Assembly: GCF_004010195.1 (NCBI RefSeq)
Contig: NC_057718.1
Location: forward strand, 17,042,770 to 17,106,769
Direction: 5' to 3'
DNA length: 64,000 bases
Origin: Chiloscyllium plagiosum
Lineage: Eukaryota
The notes under the pieces are model-generated. The model was given only the letters and a program-made list of their open reading frames with translations, did not search any database and was not told the origin of the DNA. Both the position numbers and the translations under genes were made by a program. This document shows positions 37,650 through 50,740 of the stretch, in pieces. Within the stretch, counting starts at the first letter, position 1. Each line of letters starts with the position of its first letter.

Positions 37650-38420
37650 AGTGGAGACTGTGAAGACAGGAGTGAAGGGACAATCAGGAGTTGGAGCACA
37701 TGAAGGCAGGAGACTAGTGGAAATTAGGAGCAAAGAGAATGACACTTCTCCAGTTCAAGGTGAGAGCAGGAAACATTATCAATACGGTGATCACTGTTCC
37801 AGAAAAAGAAGTGGGGAGGTGGTCTCAGTTAAACCGGTGTAAAGTAAATAGTGCCACAAAATGGCGGACATAGCGGGGACCCATGTGGGTAACCATAGAA
37901 ATGTTTTTATGGTGCATGGAATTGAAAGACTGACCTGAGGATTGGTTGAGCCTGATGATTGATGGATTCTGTTTGAGCCTCTATTCAAGGAAGATTTGGA
38001 GAGCTCTCTGACTTTCCTGGTGGGACTAGATATGTAGAAGGATTGGACATCCATAATGGAAACAAGATTATTTGAACCAAGAAATCCAACCTGTTACGGC
38101 GTTTGAGGGCAGCAATAGAGCCTCAGATGTAGGCAGGAAAAGACTGGGCCAGGTGCAGGTTGATACAGGAAGCGATCAGTTCTGTGTGGCAGGAATGTGG
38201 TGAAGCACTGGCAGTTTTGGAATGGAGGTGGAAATGAAATGTTCGGGGAGCGAGAACTTTGGAAGTTGTGGAGGGAGGATCTCTGGAGGTGATGATATGA
38301 GGGACATTTCTGGAAACAGTGGCATGATATTTGGTGATGGGGTGAGTCTTGGTTCAGGGAGCAGTTTGAGTGGTTTCAGAGAATTGGTATTAGGCCTTTG
38401 CTCGGGACAGCTCAGTATAC
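37650..38420 (-). mobile_element. Decayed Penelope-like RT fragment
   Basis: Antisense MDVQSFYISSP (cf. PLE MDVQSLYTSIP) and SMVTHMGPRYVRHFV (cf. AMGTRMGPSYACLFV). Confidence 0.6.
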
Positions 38421-39151
38421 GAGACAACAAGAACACCACCCACCAATAAGACTCAAGCCTTATTCCAAATCTAACTTTCACGAGTTCTGAAAATGGCTTC
38501 TGTCTTCGCAGATGCTGCCTAATGTGCTTTAGTATTTTGAGCATCTTTTGCCTTTTTTTTATTATTAAAGCTGCTTCTGGTGTTTTAAGCAGCTTCCCCT
38601 TCATTTATTTCCTCTGCCATAGCAATCCCTGAGTCTGTTTGAAATGTCCCAGTGGAGCTGCCTGCAGGGGGGTAACGGGACAGTTGTGAATCTGTTAGTG
38701 GGAGTCCTATCTGCCGCACTCTGGATTCAAAACCCAAGGCTCATATCTGCAGACTGATGGCTCTAAAAGACTTGTGCTCATGTAAAGAAAACCCTCCTTA
38801 TTAAGTGAATCGTGCTGCTGTGTGAACAATGCTAATGAATCTGACTGTAGAGCCTGCCAGATTAGATTTATAGATTGGCAATGCGCCTGAATAATGCAAT
38901 TATCCAAACAGACATGAAATGTAACCTGTGAGCTCCATTGCCAAGACTAAGATTACAGGCACCCCCCCACCGCCCAAAAAAGTAGTTTTTACACCATTAA
39001 AGAATCACAACAGCCTGATCATTTATCATTGTTTCAAAAATTCAACTAGAGATCTTATCGCTGATTTTATCCCTGACTGTTTTTGTGGAGGTGAGCAGAG
39101 ATTGGAATTAGACAGTCAGCTGCTGCTCCAGAATGAGAGCTGAGCAATGGT

Positions 39152-39465
39152 GGGCTGCACGGTGGCTCAGTGTTTAGCACTGCTGCCTCACAGCACCAGG
39201 GTCCTAGGTTTGATTCCAGCCTTGGGCAACTGTCTGTGTGGAGTTTGCACATTCTCCCAGTGTCTGTGTGGGTTTCCTCTGGGTGCTCCGGTTTCCTCCC
39301 ACAGTCCAAAGATGTGCAGGTCATGTGAATTGGCCATGCTAAGTTGCCCAGACTGCTATGTGCATCAGTCAGAGGGAAATGGGTCTGGGTGGGTTACTCT
39401 TCGAAGGGTTGGTTTGGGCTTGTTGGGCCGAAGGGCCTGTTTACACACTGTAGGGAATCTAATCT
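39152..39465 (+). mobile_element. HE1 SINE
   Basis: Typical head, body and tail. Confidence 0.85.
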
Positions 39466-39929
39466 TAAAAACAAAACTCCTGAGTGTCCCTTTAATTCCG
39501 TTGGCAGACTCCTGCCTTGAGTCTGGGTTGCCATGCTGCTTGTGTGAGGGAACCCAATCGGGGAGTGGGCAGATTGCAGCACTTGGCCTGAGAAACTGAA
39601 CGACCTGCATTTCTATCACACCCCTCTGTGGCCTTTGAACATCGCACGGTCCTTTACAGGTGTGGAAGTGCTTTTAAAGTGTGGCCATTACTGTAACATA
39701 CATAGTATAGGAAATTTCCAGCCAGAAAAGGAAGGAAAGCAGGTCCAAGGGAGTACGACAACCTGAGTATACCCCTGCAAGGCACTCAATGTCCCTCTAT
39801 GCAACTATGTTGCAAATCCTTTACCATCACTGGGTCGAATTCCTGGAACTTTGTTCTCAACAGCACTGTGAGTCTCTCTACACTCCAAGACTGCAGCACC
39901 TTCAGAAGGAAGTTATTTTGATTCTGGGT

Positions 39930-40540
39930 GGGCGAGAAGGCTAATGGGCTGCTATCCTTTATTATGAGAGGAGTTGATCATAAAAGCAATTATGTTTTGC
40001 ATCAGTTATACATGGCAATGACGAGACCACATCTTGAATACTGTGTGCAGTATTAAGGAAGGATGTAAATTTATTCAGAGGAGGTTTATTCATCTGGAAT
40101 GAGTAAGTTGTTTAATGGGGAAAGATTTGAACAGGCTGGGCTTGTTTACTCTGGAGTATAGAAGAGAGGAACTGATTGAAATGTACAAAATTCTTGAGAA
40201 GGCAGATGTGGAAAGGATGCTGATGCTTCAGGATCAGTTCTGAACCAGGGGACACTTGAAGTTAAGGGTCACTCCTTGAGGACAGATGTGTCAGGAAAGT
40301 GTTGCTCTCTATCAGAGGGTTGTGTTACTTTGTCAGTCTCCAAAGTTGGTGGAGATAGTCATAGAATAATTTTAAGACAGAGGCAAATAGATTCTTGTTA
40401 GACAGGGGAATCCAAGGTTTTCAGAGGTAGATATGGAATTTGGTCGATATGGATATTCGGAATTCAGAAGACAAACAGACCAGCCTGACTTTATTGAATG
40501 GTGAAGCTGGCTTGACGGGCTGAACGGCTTCCTTCTGTCT
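39930..40540 (+). mobile_element. Old CR1 3' fragment
   Basis: RPHLEYCVQ remnant; decayed 3' UTR. Confidence 0.65.
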
Positions 40541-41302
40541 TTGAGTCGTATGTTCACATGTATGTTTGTAATTGCTGGTCTGGCCACTGATGCTCACATC
40601 TCCTGAAAGAGTAAAAATGTGGAAGCCAATTTGTGCACAGCAAGTTCCCACCAATAGTAATGTGGTGATTTGTCTCAGCTTTAATAATATTGATTTGAAG
40701 ATAAAATATTGGCCAGAACCCTGGCTAGTTCTCCCTTGCTTTTCTTCCAAATGGTGATCTAGGAGAACTGCTGGTGCCACAAAAGGTGTTTCTAAAAGCA
40801 AATTAACCTTTTGCATTCTCCATCTGCTCCTGCTCAGATCAGCCCAGTGAAGGAAATTCATAGCTGCTCCCCGCGTGGATCATTTGGCAAAATAGTGGTG
40901 GGCACCTGATAATATACATGGGTGAAGCCAACTTTGGTTGGGTGTCAGAGTCAGAAATTCGGAAGAGCAGGTGGGAAATGGTCTGTTCCACCACTGGGAC
41001 CTAACTGGAGAGGTTACAAAACAATCCTCCTGCTCACTTCCTACTGGTTAAAATTGGTCATTGCTATTTAGTTCCAATTGCAATTACAGCTCATTCTGTA
41101 AAATACAGAAAGGTATTAGTGTTGTAACTTCAAACGTTTTTCTTCTCTGTATCAGTCCTCAGATGCTGACTCTAGTTCTAGTCCTAGCCCTCCACTTTTC
41201 AGGAGCAAGTGGCTTTGCACTATACAGGATGTCATGCCTCAGTGGGATAGTGCATTGGAAAGCAAGCCCTACTATTCCCAGAGTTGTTTGAAATGTTAAA
41301 AA

Positions 41303-42380
41303 TGTTAACAAAGTATGCAAACTTCCCAATTTACCTGTCAGATAGACGCAAGCTAACAGAAAACACAGACCAGGTTTTTATATTTAACAAAAACTACTAT
41401 TTATTGCTAGCACAGGATAACCAGCTATGAACTAGCTCTAACATAGCTCTAACAGTTAAAGCTCCAACCCCACCCTACTGTCTCCCGCACATACACGTGC
41501 GCGCACACAAACACAATCCGAAATAGATAACAGCAATTTTATTTTGTCTCTGTTGGGGAATCCGATCAATGGCTCCTGATCCTTCTCCTTGCCAGGATTT
41601 TCTCTCCTTCAGCAAAAGCAGAAATTGCTGGTGACACTCAGCAGGTCTAGCAGCATCTGTCGAGAGGGAAGCAAAATTAATGTTTTGGTCCAGTGACTCT
41701 CCTTCAGACCCTGGGCCTGAAATATTAACTCAGGGTGTCTGACACCATTTGTGGAGAGAGAGCAAAGTTTCTCCAGCAATTTCTGTTTTTGTTTCAGATT
41801 TCTGGCATCTGCAGTTATTTTTTTTTCCTCTCTCCTTCAATCTCTTTTCTCCAGGTTCTGTTCAGTTCTATACAGGAGACACAAGCAATTGAAACATTGA
41901 TGACTAAAATCTCTTAGTTACTGGTTAAAGGCCACAGCTTACAGCCACTGGTGAGGGAAAATAAACAGGCTGTCTTCAGGTTTTATGTATTTTACTGAAG
42001 TGAAAGACATACCATCTCCCTTTGCAGCAGTCCAAACGCTTCTGCTGATATTGTTCACACCCACAAGTTGTTCAACTACTCAGAAACCAATTAGATAGCT
42101 GTTGTTAGGATGATGGCATTTGTATTCCACAACTGATCACAGCTTTACAAACCAATCTTGTTACTTGTCAAATCTCACTCTGTACACACCCCTGGGTCTG
42201 GCCCATCTTCAAATATCCTCCCTCACTGTTTGAACAAACACAGCTTACAATGAGTTTCAGTAACTTGCTTTCTAAAAGTGCAACAATTCCTTTCAAAATC
42301 CTTGGTTATAAAACAGTTCTTTTCCCATTCAGTCCACAATTTCAAATCCAGAAGAATAAAAGGATATGTTCTATATGACT
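41303..42380. mobile_element. Possible decayed solo LTR
   Basis: Starts TGTTAAC; organisation resembles the LTR at 8609 (tttatt tract, CA-rich run); weak. Confidence 0.3.
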
Positions 42381-42620
42381 GCTATATGACCCTATTACTG
42401 ATGTTGAATGACTTATACATTGATATATTATCTGATAGTAATGTGCGTGGCTCAGGGTAGGTTGATCTTAATGTTAAGGGTTGATGCACCCAATGATTCA
42501 TTTCCAATTATTTCTGAGCAGCTGAAATGAGGTTGGGATTTTGGTATTGTATTCCCCAGATAAGTGCAAAATAAGTATTCTTTCTTGAATCTTAAATGGA
42601 AATCATGTATTTTTCTCCAG

Positions 42621-42804
42621 GGTTCATCTTGTTGAAAATATTCCAGATGGGCTGGACAATACTGACAACAACACAAAGCACATTTCCTTGTTCCAGGGCT
42701 GGACGGAGTTGCTGGATGCAGCATTGCACAGTGTTGATATTGTCTCTTCCAAGTGGGCTCTAAAAAACGGTGATCTGGACCAAAACCATTCACTAAGTCA
42801 CTGG
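42621..42804 (+). CDS. PLD5: PLD5-like exon 3
   Basis: ttttctccAG acceptor; (R)VHLVENIPDGLDNTDNNTKHISLFQGWTELLDAALHSVDIVSSKWALKNGDLDQNHSLSHW with family motifs LVENIP, SLFQGW and SVDIVSS; 184 nt; GTAAG donor, phase 0. Confidence 0.95.
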
Positions 42805-44938
42805 GTAAGAGACTCAATTGAGTCAGTAAGGAGAGGCAGAAAATTTGCTTCTCACAATTTGTGGAAGACGATATATTTCTGAACCATAGAATGTAATAGC
42901 AATCAGCAAACCCTGAATTCTGTGAGGTTAGTGTTGCTCCAATATTAAAAGATGACTTTTTAAAGGAAATCTGTTTACCTGCAAATTAAATAATCTTATT
43001 ATGTGTTAGATAAACAAGCATTGGAATAAAACCTGATATTTCTCAGCCCACAGGAGACCTAAAAAACCACTGGTATCTATTTCAAAATATGCACTGATTA
43101 TCAACTCATACTTTAATGATATCGATTCAAAATTAAATTAGGCAGGTACAAATCAAGAGTCAAATGGCATCTTGTTTCATGTGATGATGCAGCAATCTCC
43201 AGAACTGCATTGAAATGTCAGCTGAGAGCATGTGCTCATGTCTCCAAAGTGAGACCTGAACCTGTTAGTTTCTGAGGCAGAGCCTTACAGCTGTTGTACT
43301 TTGAAAGTAATGATGTGGAAAATTAATGTTCTCTGTACAGAGAATTGACTAGTTCATGTTCACTGTGAATCAGGGAGCATCTGGCACTTGTACAAGTTAA
43401 TGGGTATCTCCTTGTAGCTCTGCAACAGGAGGAAGTGTCCATCTGGTGTATGACACTCTCCCTACTGCTATTACTACAGACCCATTGCTGCGGGTCAGTG
43501 TTTATTACCTAGAAGGCATTTGAGTCAAAGACATTTCTTTGGTCTGGAGTCACACATGGGCCAGATCAGGTAAGGATGGCAGATTTCCTTCCCCAGAGGA
43601 CATGAATGAACCAGATGGGTTTTTGTGACAATCAACAGTAGTTACATGGTCAGCACATGCAACATTATTGGCAGGGTCAATTAATCACATCAGCTGTCCT
43701 TTAATCAGGTAGCATGCTGTTACAATTCTGGGCTCCTTTAGATGGTTTTATAGTTTAATGGCCTGACAAGTCAAGTTTCCACAAGTGAAACATACGCACT
43801 TCCCAACCCCAGCTGATTATATGCATCCTTTCACTTCCCTCCCTCGAGAGAGAATTAACTCCAGAATTACCAGTGATCCCTATGTCTTACTGCTTCCAGG
43901 CTAGACGACAGGGCTAATCCCAAGAACTTCAGAGGAGAGTATTGAGGTGGGGACGTGGATTAGCCATGATGTCTGTCAGTGTTGGGGCAGGCTTATGAGG
44001 CTGAATACCCTAGCCCTGTTCATATGTTCCATATAGAAACTGAGACAAAATATTAATAAAAATCACATTTGCAAAATCAAGCCAAATAGTAATAATTCCT
44101 TTTTAATTTCCCTAGAGAAGGTGGTGGTGAACTGCCTTTGAGTTCTCTGTGTGTGTGTGTGTGTGTGAGATGCATCATGTTTGACCCATTAACTGAAGGA
44201 ATGGTGACATATTTTAAAGTCAGGCGTGTGAGCTCGAAGGGATTTTTGTGGGCGTGGTGTCTCCATGCTCTTGCTACCCTTGTCCTTCTGAGCAATAGGG
44301 CTTGTGGGTTTGAAAGGTCAGAAGTGGAGATGTTGTTCTACCAACATTGTTTTAATTAGAATATCTTTACTACGATAGGTTTATACAGTTACATATGTAG
44401 GCTACTAAATATAATGACAATACTTATAATACTCTAAACTCACAGATTGACACGATAAGGTATTTGTGGCTTCATTTCCACCATGATTTTATAGGGGGGG
44501 GTTGTTTCTGAAGCATGGCAAATAAGCTCAGTCCTCCCCATGCAGAAAGCTGGCATCTACTAATGGCTGTTAAATTTCTGTTCAAAAAAGACAGTTGTAT
44601 AATTCTGGGGCAACATTAAGAAGGACCATGTTTGTAGACTGTTTACAAGTATTGACAACTATGACAGCTGCTACTGTGTAACTACTTGTACATTTGTCAG
44701 AATGAGTTTAGGACACAGCCCACGACTTTGGCTGGGCAACATGATTGGATTTGTAAGGGCATCAGGCCAACCAAAAGGAACCCAGATACATTTGGCCAGT
44801 TTGATGGACAAAAATATGCAAATATGAATGATACTGGAAAATTATGCTTTGACAAATAGAAATGAAAACAAAATGTTTCTTTGAGATTTGGAAATGCTAT
44901 TTGTGTTTTTTCTAAAATCCATAAATGACATTTGCCAG

Positions 44939-45053
44939 GGTGAGAAGATATTTGAGAAGCTGCAGGACTTGAAGACTCGTAACATAGGCCTGAGAATCCC
45001 GATTAATAAATTCCAATTTGGATCCCAGGAAGTGACAAATCTGAAAGTTAACG
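44939..45053 (+). CDS. PLD5: PLD5-like exon 4
   Basis: cAG acceptor; GEKIFEKLQDLKTRNIGLRIPINKFQFGSQEVTNLKVN(G), cf. PLD5 GQRLFEKLLQLTSQNI; 115 nt; GTAAG donor; phase 1 fits exons 3 and 5. Confidence 0.88.
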
Positions 45054-45449
45054 GTAAGTAAAAAATTTGCCCTAAAATTGTGGATAATCAAGTGGTCCAT
45101 CAGTGAATAATAATAAAAACAGAAAGGGCAGGAGAAGCTCAGCAGGTCTGATGACATTTGTGGAGAAAGAGGTAATGTTTCAAGTCCAATATGCCTCCTC
45201 TTCAGAGCTAATAATTACAACTACCTATCAACTGTTACCATGCAACCTTGGCCTCTAGTAATGTCCCACTAGACTATTGCTGCATTAGGTTTGTTGGCTA
45301 CCAAGCTCCTCAGTCAGGAACATCATTAAATACTCTTCTCAAAGACATATTCAGATTTCCAATGGAGTTGAGTTTCTTCAATGGGAAAGCTGTGAGGGCT
45401 AATTTTAATCCTAAATTGATTTGCAGTTTTCCCCAATATGGTAACTTTG

Positions 45450-45870
45450 GCTGTGACTGATGAAGAAAGCAGAAGAATATGGAGGGGCCGGGAGAGATTA
45501 GAATCCCTCAGTAGGTTAATTGAGGCATGGAATTGTTTACGTGAGTGTATGCAGGATGAAGCATTGTCTCCCCTTTGTGAACATAGAGACATGTATTTGA
45601 GATAAAGGACAAGAGGTTCAGAGGGGATGTGAGGAAAATGTTTTCACTCAGGGCAGTGGGAATCTAGAACTCACTGCCTGTAAGGTTGGGAGAGGTAGAA
45701 ACCCTCATAACATTTAAGTAGTATTCAGATGTGCACTTGTGATGCCAAGGCATACACAGCTATAGGTCAAGTGGTGGAAAATGGGATTAAAGTAGTTAGA
45801 TGCTTGTTTTTAACCAGCACACAACTGATGGGCCAAAGGACCTGCTTCTGTGCTATTAAACCTCTATGAC
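45450..45870 (+). mobile_element. CR1 3' fragment
   Basis: Decayed RT C-terminus and gggccaaaggacctg 3' end. Confidence 0.7.
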
Positions 45871-45896
45871 TTTAAATAAGGAATAGAATGGATATT

Positions 45897-46425
45897 AGAG
45901 TCATAGAGATGTGCAGCATGAAAACAGAACCTTCTGTTCAACTCATCCATGCTGACCAGATATCCTAAATTAATCTAGTCCCATTTGCCAGCACTTGGCC
46001 CATATCCCTGTAAATCCTTCCTATTCATATACCCATAATCACGCCTTTTAAATGTTGCAATTGTACCAGCCTCCATCACTTCCTCTGGAAGTTCATTCCA
46101 TACACTCACCACCCTTTCTGTGAAAAAGTTGCCCCTTAGGTCTTTTTTTATATATCTTTCCCCTCTCACCTTAAACCTATGCCATCTATTTTTGAACCCC
46201 CACCTAATCCTGAAGAAAAGACCTTGTCTATTTATCCTGTCCATGCCCCTCATGATTTTATAAACCTCTATAAGGTCACCCCTCAGCCTCTGACGCTCCA
46301 GAGAAAATAGTCCCAACCTATTCAGCCTCTCCCTATAGCTCAGATCTTCCAACTCTGGCAACATCCTTATAAATCTTTTCTGAACACTTGCAAGTTTCAC
46401 AACATCCTTCCTATCAGGGGGAGAC
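45897..46425 (-). mobile_element. CR1 3' fragment
   Basis: [45 protein letters not shown]. Confidence 0.92.
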
Positions 46426-46828
46426 TTTGATTGGACAATTAATTTCACTTGTGGGTTTTCTATGAAACTGACTCTGAAATATTTATTTTAAGATTTTGAA
46501 AGCCTATTTCTTAACTATCAATTATAATGACCATAGAGAAAAGGTATGTAACAAGCTGTTGGAGCTGATAACTTGTAATGTTGATTATACTGTCAATGAG
46601 TGAAAATTCTTGCCAATCTTCATTTCCACCAAATTAAAATTTAAGTTCTTTGAAGGACTTAAACAATAAGAGAATGGAAAATGCATTTATATGTTCTCCC
46701 TTAGGGTCTCAAGATGTCCTAGAGCACTTTTAATTTGAATGAAATCATGTAACATAGGAACTGTGGCAAGCTAGTTGTACACTGAATCCCCAAAGAAGCT
46801 ATGTGATAATGTCTAGATAATTCTTTAG

Positions 46829-47140
46829 AGATTAGATTAGATTCCCTACAGTGTGGAAACAGGTCCTTCAGCCCAACAAGTCCATACCAACCCTCTGAAG
46901 CGCAACCCACCCAGTCCCATTTCCCTCTGACTATTGCACCTAACACTAAGGGTAATTTAGCATGGCCAATTCACATGACCTGCACCTCTTTGGACTGAGA
47001 GGAAACTGGAGCACCCAGAGGAAACCCACGCAGACATGGGGAGAATGTGCAAACTCCACACAGACCGTCTCCCAAGGCTGGAATTGAACCTGGGACAGTG
47101 GTGCTGTGAGGCAGCAGTGCTAACCACTGAGCTACCATGC
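46829..47140 (-). mobile_element. HE1 SINE
   Basis: Typical head, body and tail. Confidence 0.87.
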
Positions 47141-47330
47141 TCTTCAAGGGAGGAATTTTGATGAAGCGTTCCCTTACTCTTCTTTGAAATAGGATCCAGA
47201 GCCTGAGGGTAGATGGAACCTCAGTTTAATACAGTTGTGCATCAGAAAGAGAGTCCATCTGATAACGCAACAATGCACCAAAGTGGCAGGCTAGATTTAT
47301 TGCCTAAGCCCCTGAAATCAAACTTGAATC

Positions 47331-47673
47331 AGCACGGTAGCTCAGTGGTTAACACTGCTGCCTCACAGTGCCAGGGGACCTGGGTTTGATTCCACTCTTG
47401 GGTGACTATCTGTATGGAGTTTGTACATTCTTCCCACGTATGTGTGGGTTTCCACCAGGTTGCTCTGGTTTCTTCCCAAAGTCCAAAGAAGGTTCGGTGG
47501 ATTGGCCATGCTAAATTGCCCATAGTGTCCAGGGATGTGCAGGCTAGGTGAATTAGCTGTGAGAAATGCAGAGTTACAGGAATGGACTGAGTCTGATTGG
47601 GATGCTCTATGGTGGGTTGGAATTGACTTGATGGGTCAATGGCCTGCTTCCGTACTGTAGGGATTCGATGAAT
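47331..47673 (+). mobile_element. HE1 SINE
   Basis: Typical head, body and tail. Confidence 0.85.
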
Positions 47674-48529
47674 CCTCAACCTTTTGACAGAGGTGAGAAA
47701 GTTACCACTGAGCCCCTGCACAAGAAATTGAATTGATCAGAACTCCATTTAATTGCAATCCTTCAGCACAATTAAATCTCCCTTTACTTCATCCTCAGAT
47801 TTATTCTTTGTCTGTCAGAACTAAAGGACAACCACAAGAGGACTATGTCCTACTCAATTCCTATCAAGGGAGAACGAAGCATTGTAATTTAATTCCCTTG
47901 CAGACAGCCAGTTCCCTTGTCACGTTGATGATAATGCCATCAAAAGCTCACTAAACTAATACACATTTGTGTTCCTCTGAAACCTAAGGATCATAATTGC
48001 TTCAGATTGGCAGTTAATTGCATTCTGTATAATTGCCCTCATTTTGCCATGGCTTTTGATCTCACAGGGCAACGTCTTCAGCTGCTAGTTATTATTTTGG
48101 AAATGCTCCCTGATGTTTCCTACTGAGCATTCTGCATGCTAAAGCTAAGCACCATATTTTTCATAATCAATTAATTAATTATCAGTTTCCTACAGTTTTA
48201 TATTTTATATTTGGTAAAAATCCAATGAATCTGCCAACTGTAAATCTCTCTTGTTCCCTGTTGGAGATATATTTAGGGATTAGTGTCAGTGGTAATTAGA
48301 TGTTCCTTGTCATTCCTTTCTCCTCTTTCCATTAGTTTTCTCTTTCTCCTCCCACAAGGTGTTGGTATCTTGGTTGAGTACTGTTCTACCTGCATTCGAT
48401 ACCTTTCAGTATGTGGATAATGGGGCTAGGTTCTTGTCAATCCACTTAGCAGAACATATTGGAATGTCTTTCCATCAGCTTAAATGAAAAGGGAATCAAC
48501 CATCTTTGGTAGGTTTTCCCCTCAGCAGG

Positions 48530-48643
48530 AATGATGAAGGGCTTATGCTCAAAACGTCAACTCTCCTGCTCCTCAGATGCTGGTTGACCTGCACCACTCT
48601 TCTTCAGCTCTGATCTCTAGCATCTACCATCCTCACTTTCTCC
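48530..48643 (+). mobile_element. Mini PLE pLTR, degenerate hammerhead (another at ~54315-54400, minus strand)
   Basis: TGATGAagggcttatgctcAAAACGTC...cctcactttctcc. Confidence 0.7.
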
Positions 48644-50612
48644 CAATTCCTGTCAGCATGTTGCCTTCGAGTACTTAACATGCTGATGGTTACAATGAGG
48701 TTCTATCCTAATCTTCAGGGGCTCTTTGTCCACAGAGAACATTGCAGTCAAGTGAAAATCCCTCCTTTGTTCTGACATCTACATGCCCAGGGCATTAGGA
48801 AGGGAGAGAACGCTGACCAGATTTACCATCCCTAACAAGGCCTATCAAAGCTAAATATAGGGCCTGCCTCTGAGATTACTTTATAACAGACCAGGAACTG
48901 AACCTAGGAACAGACTACTATGTTACTTTCTTATTTGGAACACAGGCTGTCTTATGAAACGCTCTTTTCACTGCCTGTATACAAATCCAGTCTCCGACAA
49001 CTGGTTTAACCCATGTCTTCAATCAATATGACTTCAAGAAAAGACTACTTTATGTAAGTGTTGTTTGTGGGACTTTGCTGTCTGCAAATTGGCTGCCATG
49101 TGTCTTGAATCAGAACAATGACTATACTATGAAAATACTTCACTGGCTATGAATTGTCTTGGCACCATGCTGAGGTCATGAAAAGTGCTATATAAATTTA
49201 AGTTTTTGGAGTTTTTTTCTTCACTCTTTAAGCAGCTTATCGCCTGAAGCAGGTGTGCTGTCTATTTGCTCATTTACAGTATTCTCTGATGCTCTGTGCA
49301 TCCTTTGGCTTGCCCACTTTATATAGTTTTCACATTAAAATCACTATCACCAATTATAGTAAGGAGTGTTTGCTCTCTTAAACCTCTCCTTTTGTCTCTC
49401 AAACCTGCAGCTGGCTCATAATTCACTCACTCTGCTTACATTTACACTGCCAGTTTCAGTTGGGAGTTGTAATTGTTCTGATGGTTTTAATCTCTTGAAT
49501 AGTCATTTCAAGTTGATGGCTTTTCTCATGCCAAATAATGCTTCATTTACACTGCAACGGTTTGCATGGACTTGTGTTTTTTTTTGTTGTCGACTTCAAC
49601 TCTACAAGCCTTCCCTTCAATGCCAAAGGCAATACAGAAGACGAAGGAAGAGCAAATTACTGCAGAAGGCATCCATTGCACCTGGCATAGCTATTGCATA
49701 AATAAAGGAACATATTTTGGATGATTCCTTGCTTGGTATTACTGTCCAGCTGTCGGTGTGTGAGGGACCATACTGAACATCCCCTATCACCTCCTATGTG
49801 AAATGCCAAAAGCACTGGGGCTGTTTGAGAAACCTTCAACCTTAAAGGGACAGAATTCCAAATAATGCATACTGTCCAACTCTTTAAATAAAGCAGTAGA
49901 TTTTGCATCTAGTCTATGCAAGGGTTTGGATGATGTCATCACATTTCACATGTCACCCTTCAGCTCTGCTACTTCTAAGTGCAGGGAATATATTAAATTT
50001 AATCTTAATTTGGATACAAAGAAAACTCATTGGACTCAAAACGTTTCTCTCTCCATACATGCTGCAAGACCCATTGAGTTTCCCTAGCACTTTGTACTTT
50101 TATTAAATTTCATGCTTGCCTGTCTGACTGAGAGCCAAAAATTGATAGTTTTGAGAACTTCCTTCACTAAACTGCAATTAAACTCTGGCTGGCTTCAGGC
50201 TTGGCTCATTGACAGTGATTAAACTTCATGGCCAAAGGGATAGGTCAACTTAAAACACAATCCCATAGTAAGAGCAGAGTAATATTTAGACAGCTAATGG
50301 TGTTAGTAAAGTCATATTGCTGACCTTATCAGTGTAAAATTCAATAAAGAGCTAGTTTTCTATTAACAATAACATTAGGTTATAATATGAGATTTTATTT
50401 GAGTGCAACTACTCCTCGTATTTCAATTTCATACATGCCCAATTTTAAAAGGATATTTATGTGATAATATTGATAACATACTCTGCCAACAAACTCTCAA
50501 TCTGTTCAGTTGATAATGAGAGACCTTAATGTTGTGTCATCTGTGCATCACTATGTGGTTTGAAGACATTAAGTAGCAGCTAATGTTGAGTTGTTGACTG
50601 TTTAACATCCAG

Positions 50613-50740
50613 GTGCACTAGTGAAATACATAAATATGACTCCCATTATTGGCGGTGAGCTTCGTTCTTCTTTTTGGGTGGTGGACAGGAAGCACATCTA
50701 CATTGGCAGTGCCCACATGGACTGGCGCTCTCTGTCGCAG
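50613..50740 (+). CDS. PLD5: PLD5-like exon 5, first (degenerate) HKD motif
   Basis: cAG acceptor; (G)ALVKYINMTPIIGGELRSSFWVVDRKHIYIGSAHMDWRSLSQ, cf. PLD5 LQSSFWIVDKQHVYIGSAGLDWQSLGQ and PLD3 LHTKFWVVD...GSANMDWRSLTQ; 128 nt; GTAAT donor. Confidence 0.95.
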
